Source: an uncultured archaeon | GTDB taxonomy: Archaea > Asgardarchaeota > Thorarchaeia > Thorarchaeales > Thorarchaeaceae | Direction of reading: 5' to 3' | Assembly: GCA_964610875.1 (NCBI GenBank) | Contig: CAZSWP010000058.1 | Span: 1-18,749, forward strand | Length of the DNA stretch: 18,749 nucleotides | Shown: positions 16,760 to 18,749 of the stretch, piece by piece | How the letters are laid out: each line of letters begins with the position of its first letter | Numbering within the stretch: position 1 is the stretch's first letter | The notes under the pieces: generated by a model | Database searches by the model: none | What the model was told of the DNA's origin: nothing | What the model saw: the letters and a program-made list of their open reading frames with translations, nothing else | Translations under genes and position numbers: made by a program

Positions 16760-17023
16760 CTATATCCGGTGCTTCAAATGAATAATTCCAACAATCACAA
16801 TGCTTGCAACTGCTACAACCAGGATAATTGGAAATAGATTCAACTGATCGTTTGGCGACCATGAGCCATCTGTCAATGATGGAAGGATCCAATAACCAAG
16901 GTAATTGATTCCAACACCAGAGGTGGATTTGAAAATGACAACCATTTCCTGGTTAGGAAGTGCGTGAATGAATTGTCCTTTGGAATTAATATAAGGAACA
17001 ACTTCAGCGCATTCTATATGTGA
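16760..17023 (-). pseudogene. Probable 3' remnant of a C-terminally anchored surface/membrane protein (or a small protein starting at 16945)
   Basis: The frame stays open upstream of ATG 16945 (SHIECAEVVPYINSKGQFIHALPNQE) back to an in-frame TAG near 17024-17026. It ends in a TM helix plus basic tail (FPIILVVAVASIVIVGIIHLKHRI). Confidence 0.4.
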
Positions 17024-17050
17024 CTAGCCTCTGACTACACATCCCTGTTA

Positions 17051-18748
17051 CTATAGGAAAACATCCTCCAATTTGTCTTGGTAATCAGTAAAGAATTCTT
17101 CAAATTCTCTGTATTTTTTTATGGCTCCTCTAGCTTGTTCTGCAATCTCATTTTCTATAGAGTCTTCTAGTCGTGGGACTAAAACCTGATTCATTATGTC
17201 ATCCGGATAAATATGGGCGGTTGTACCTTTGACACAAGATCTGAATTGCTCATTTATGTGAGGTAGACGAAGGACGCTAAGCAAATAGAAAGGGTCTATT
17301 TTTGTAGCATCTGCTCGAATGATGAGCAATTCTGCACACGCCATACATTTCTTTTCAGGTAAAGCATCAAGAATATCTATATTTTTGGCAATGTATTCTG
17401 GTTTATGGGCTGAAGCAATTACCAAGATATCATTTAACTGCAAATGAGCTCTTTCCTTTCCATTGAAAAGCTCTAATGGAACATGACCTCTCCTATCAAA
17501 ATTGAATTCCAAAAAGCGGTTCGTGAGATTTCTCACCTTGAAGATTGGAACACCAGAATTTGTATAATCCTGCCATTTAGGAGTGAAACCTCTGAAAACA
17601 GTAGCAATTTTTCCAAGTTTTTGATGTTCTCCCTTTCCGATTTTCTCATGTAGAAGATAAGTTGCTACTCTAAGATTCCTTCTAGCTTCTGAAATATCAC
17701 TGATTGTTATGATTTCGAATTGATCTTCTGAAATTCTGATATCCTTTTCATCTTCAAGAAAATCGTGGAAATATGGTACAATAGATAAGAATCCATTATC
17801 TCCATTTCCTTTTCTTCGGCCAGTTGAATCGTATCCTAAAGAATGAACTTTGGCCATGAATATTGATTTAGTCTTGTCGTTTGGATTGTTTTTCTTTTGA
17901 AAGAACAAAATAGTTGTCTTTGCTTGAGCTCCATAAGGATTGAAGGTCTCTGAAGGTAATGATACTACAGCTTGGATGATAGATTCTTGAAAAAGGAATT
18001 CGAGAACAATTTTATCAGTTAAGTTGACATCTGGAATTACAAAAGCAGCTCTCCCTCCTGGTTTTAGGAGTTCTATTGCTCTTTCTAAAACTAGAATTTC
18101 CAGCGCAATGGATTTATATTTTGTAGCCATTTCAAAACGATTCTTATAGTCCTTCAAATTTGATTTCTTACCAAACGGTGGATTTGTGAGAAGTATATCA
18201 AATCCTGCTTCCTCAATTCGCCTTTTTGCGAAGCTAGCATGTGAGAAACTAGCCAATGCATCACCTAACACCAAATTAGGTACCTTCTTGGTGTCAAATA
18301 TGAATCCCAAATAACAGGCTTCTGCTACATTGGAATCGATTTCAATTCCATTGACTGGATATTGGATTATATTATCGCCCGTACGTTCATACTTGATTTG
18401 GTGTTTCAATGCTTCTTGTAAAAATCCTCCAGTGCCGCAACAGGGGTCGATTATCCTTTCTTCGGGTTTAGGATCAATCATGGATACTGTTGGAATTACA
18501 ACTTCAAAGGGTGTGAAGTATTGTCCTGATTGTCCTCTTAGATAACCTCCTAGGAAGGCTTGGTAAGCTTCACCTTTAATGTCAAAATCAGTATTTGCAA
18601 TACTAATCGGAGATAACTCATCAATGATTTTTTCAATTGTTTCGATATTCCGAATGCCTAAAGATGATGAGAAAAATCCCCGTCCAAGTGGAAGATTACT
18701 CTCATAGATATTTCGAAGTCTATTGAATAATTGTTGTGGACTTTCACC
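17051..18748 (-). CDS. N6-adenine DNA methyltransferase (HsdM-like) fused to an HsdS-like target recognition domain; 5'-partial
   Basis: The frame is open to the window edge (…DIKGEAYQAFLGGYLRGQSGQYFTP). Motif I DPCCGTGGFL, motif IV NPPF, LKPGGRAAFVIP. The C-terminal region is TRD-like: LGKIATVFRG.TP, GVPIFKVRNL, DILV, GTT.HI. Confidence 0.9.
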   Translation of the reverse strand, partial: GESPQQLFNRLRNIYESNLPLGRGFFSSSLGIRNIETIEKIIDELSPISIANTDFDIKGEAYQAFLGGYLRGQSGQYFTPFEVVIPTVSMIDPKPEERIIDPCCGTGGFLQEALKHQIKYERTGDNIIQYPVNGIEIDSNVAEACYLGFIFDTKKVPNLVLGDALASFSHASFAKRRIEEAGFDILLTNPPFGKKSNLKDYKNRFEMATKYKSIALEILVLERAIELLKPGGRAAFVIPDVNLTDKIVLEFLFQESIIQAVVSLPSETFNPYGAQAKTTILFFQKKNNPNDKTKSIFMAKVHSLGYDSTGRRKGNGDNGFLSIVPYFHDFLEDEKDIRISEDQFEIITISDISEARRNLRVATYLLHEKIGKGEHQKLGKIATVFRGFTPKWQDYTNSGVPIFKVRNLTNRFLEFNFDRRGHVPLELFNGKERAHLQLNDILVIASAHKPEYIAKNIDILDALPEKKCMACAELLIIRADATKIDPFYLLSVLRLPHINEQFRSCVKGTTAHIYPDDIMNQVLVPRLEDSIENEIAEQARGAIKKYREFEEFFTDYQDKLEDVFL

Positions 18749-18749
18749 A

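Noticed and set aside
1281-18545. Remaining short overlapping ORFs in the track (e.g. 1281..1505, 3304..3669, 6711..7052, 8340..8702, 10253..10546, 11644..11937, 15002..15298, 18330..18545)
   Set aside because: They overlap well-supported genes in antisense or alternate frames and show no motifs.

Overview
AT-rich archaeal DNA with the gene content of an Asgard archaeon. A Thorarchaeia-like origin is inferred from Rab-like GTPases, a longin-like protein, 'IDLxPL' 24-residue LRRs and a DUF22 protein. The left end (1-3824) holds the most interesting feature: a same-strand cluster [polytopic membrane protein A, partial]-[Rab-like GTPase A]-[CxxC/CxxxH Zn finger]-[longin-like protein]-[~15-TM membrane protein B]-[Rab-like GTPase B]. 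The membrane protein + GTPase pair is duplicated, making it a candidate membrane-receptor/small-GTPase/longin module. The middle is rich in redox and sulfur genes: a ferritin-like protein, a FIST-PAS-GAF-PAS histidine kinase, a CxxS glutaredoxin with thioredoxin reductase, a frameshifted YciI-family gene missing from the ORF track, a protein disulfide oxidoreductase and dsrEFH/tusDCB. It also carries an LRR protein, DUF22, a Zn-ribbon membrane protein, a Nif3-like protein and an MFS transporter. The right end is a partial N6-adenine methyltransferase fused to a target recognition domain, followed by a probable gene remnant. No rRNA, tRNA, CRISPR array or transposase was recognised. All family calls come from reading motifs by eye, not from database searches.
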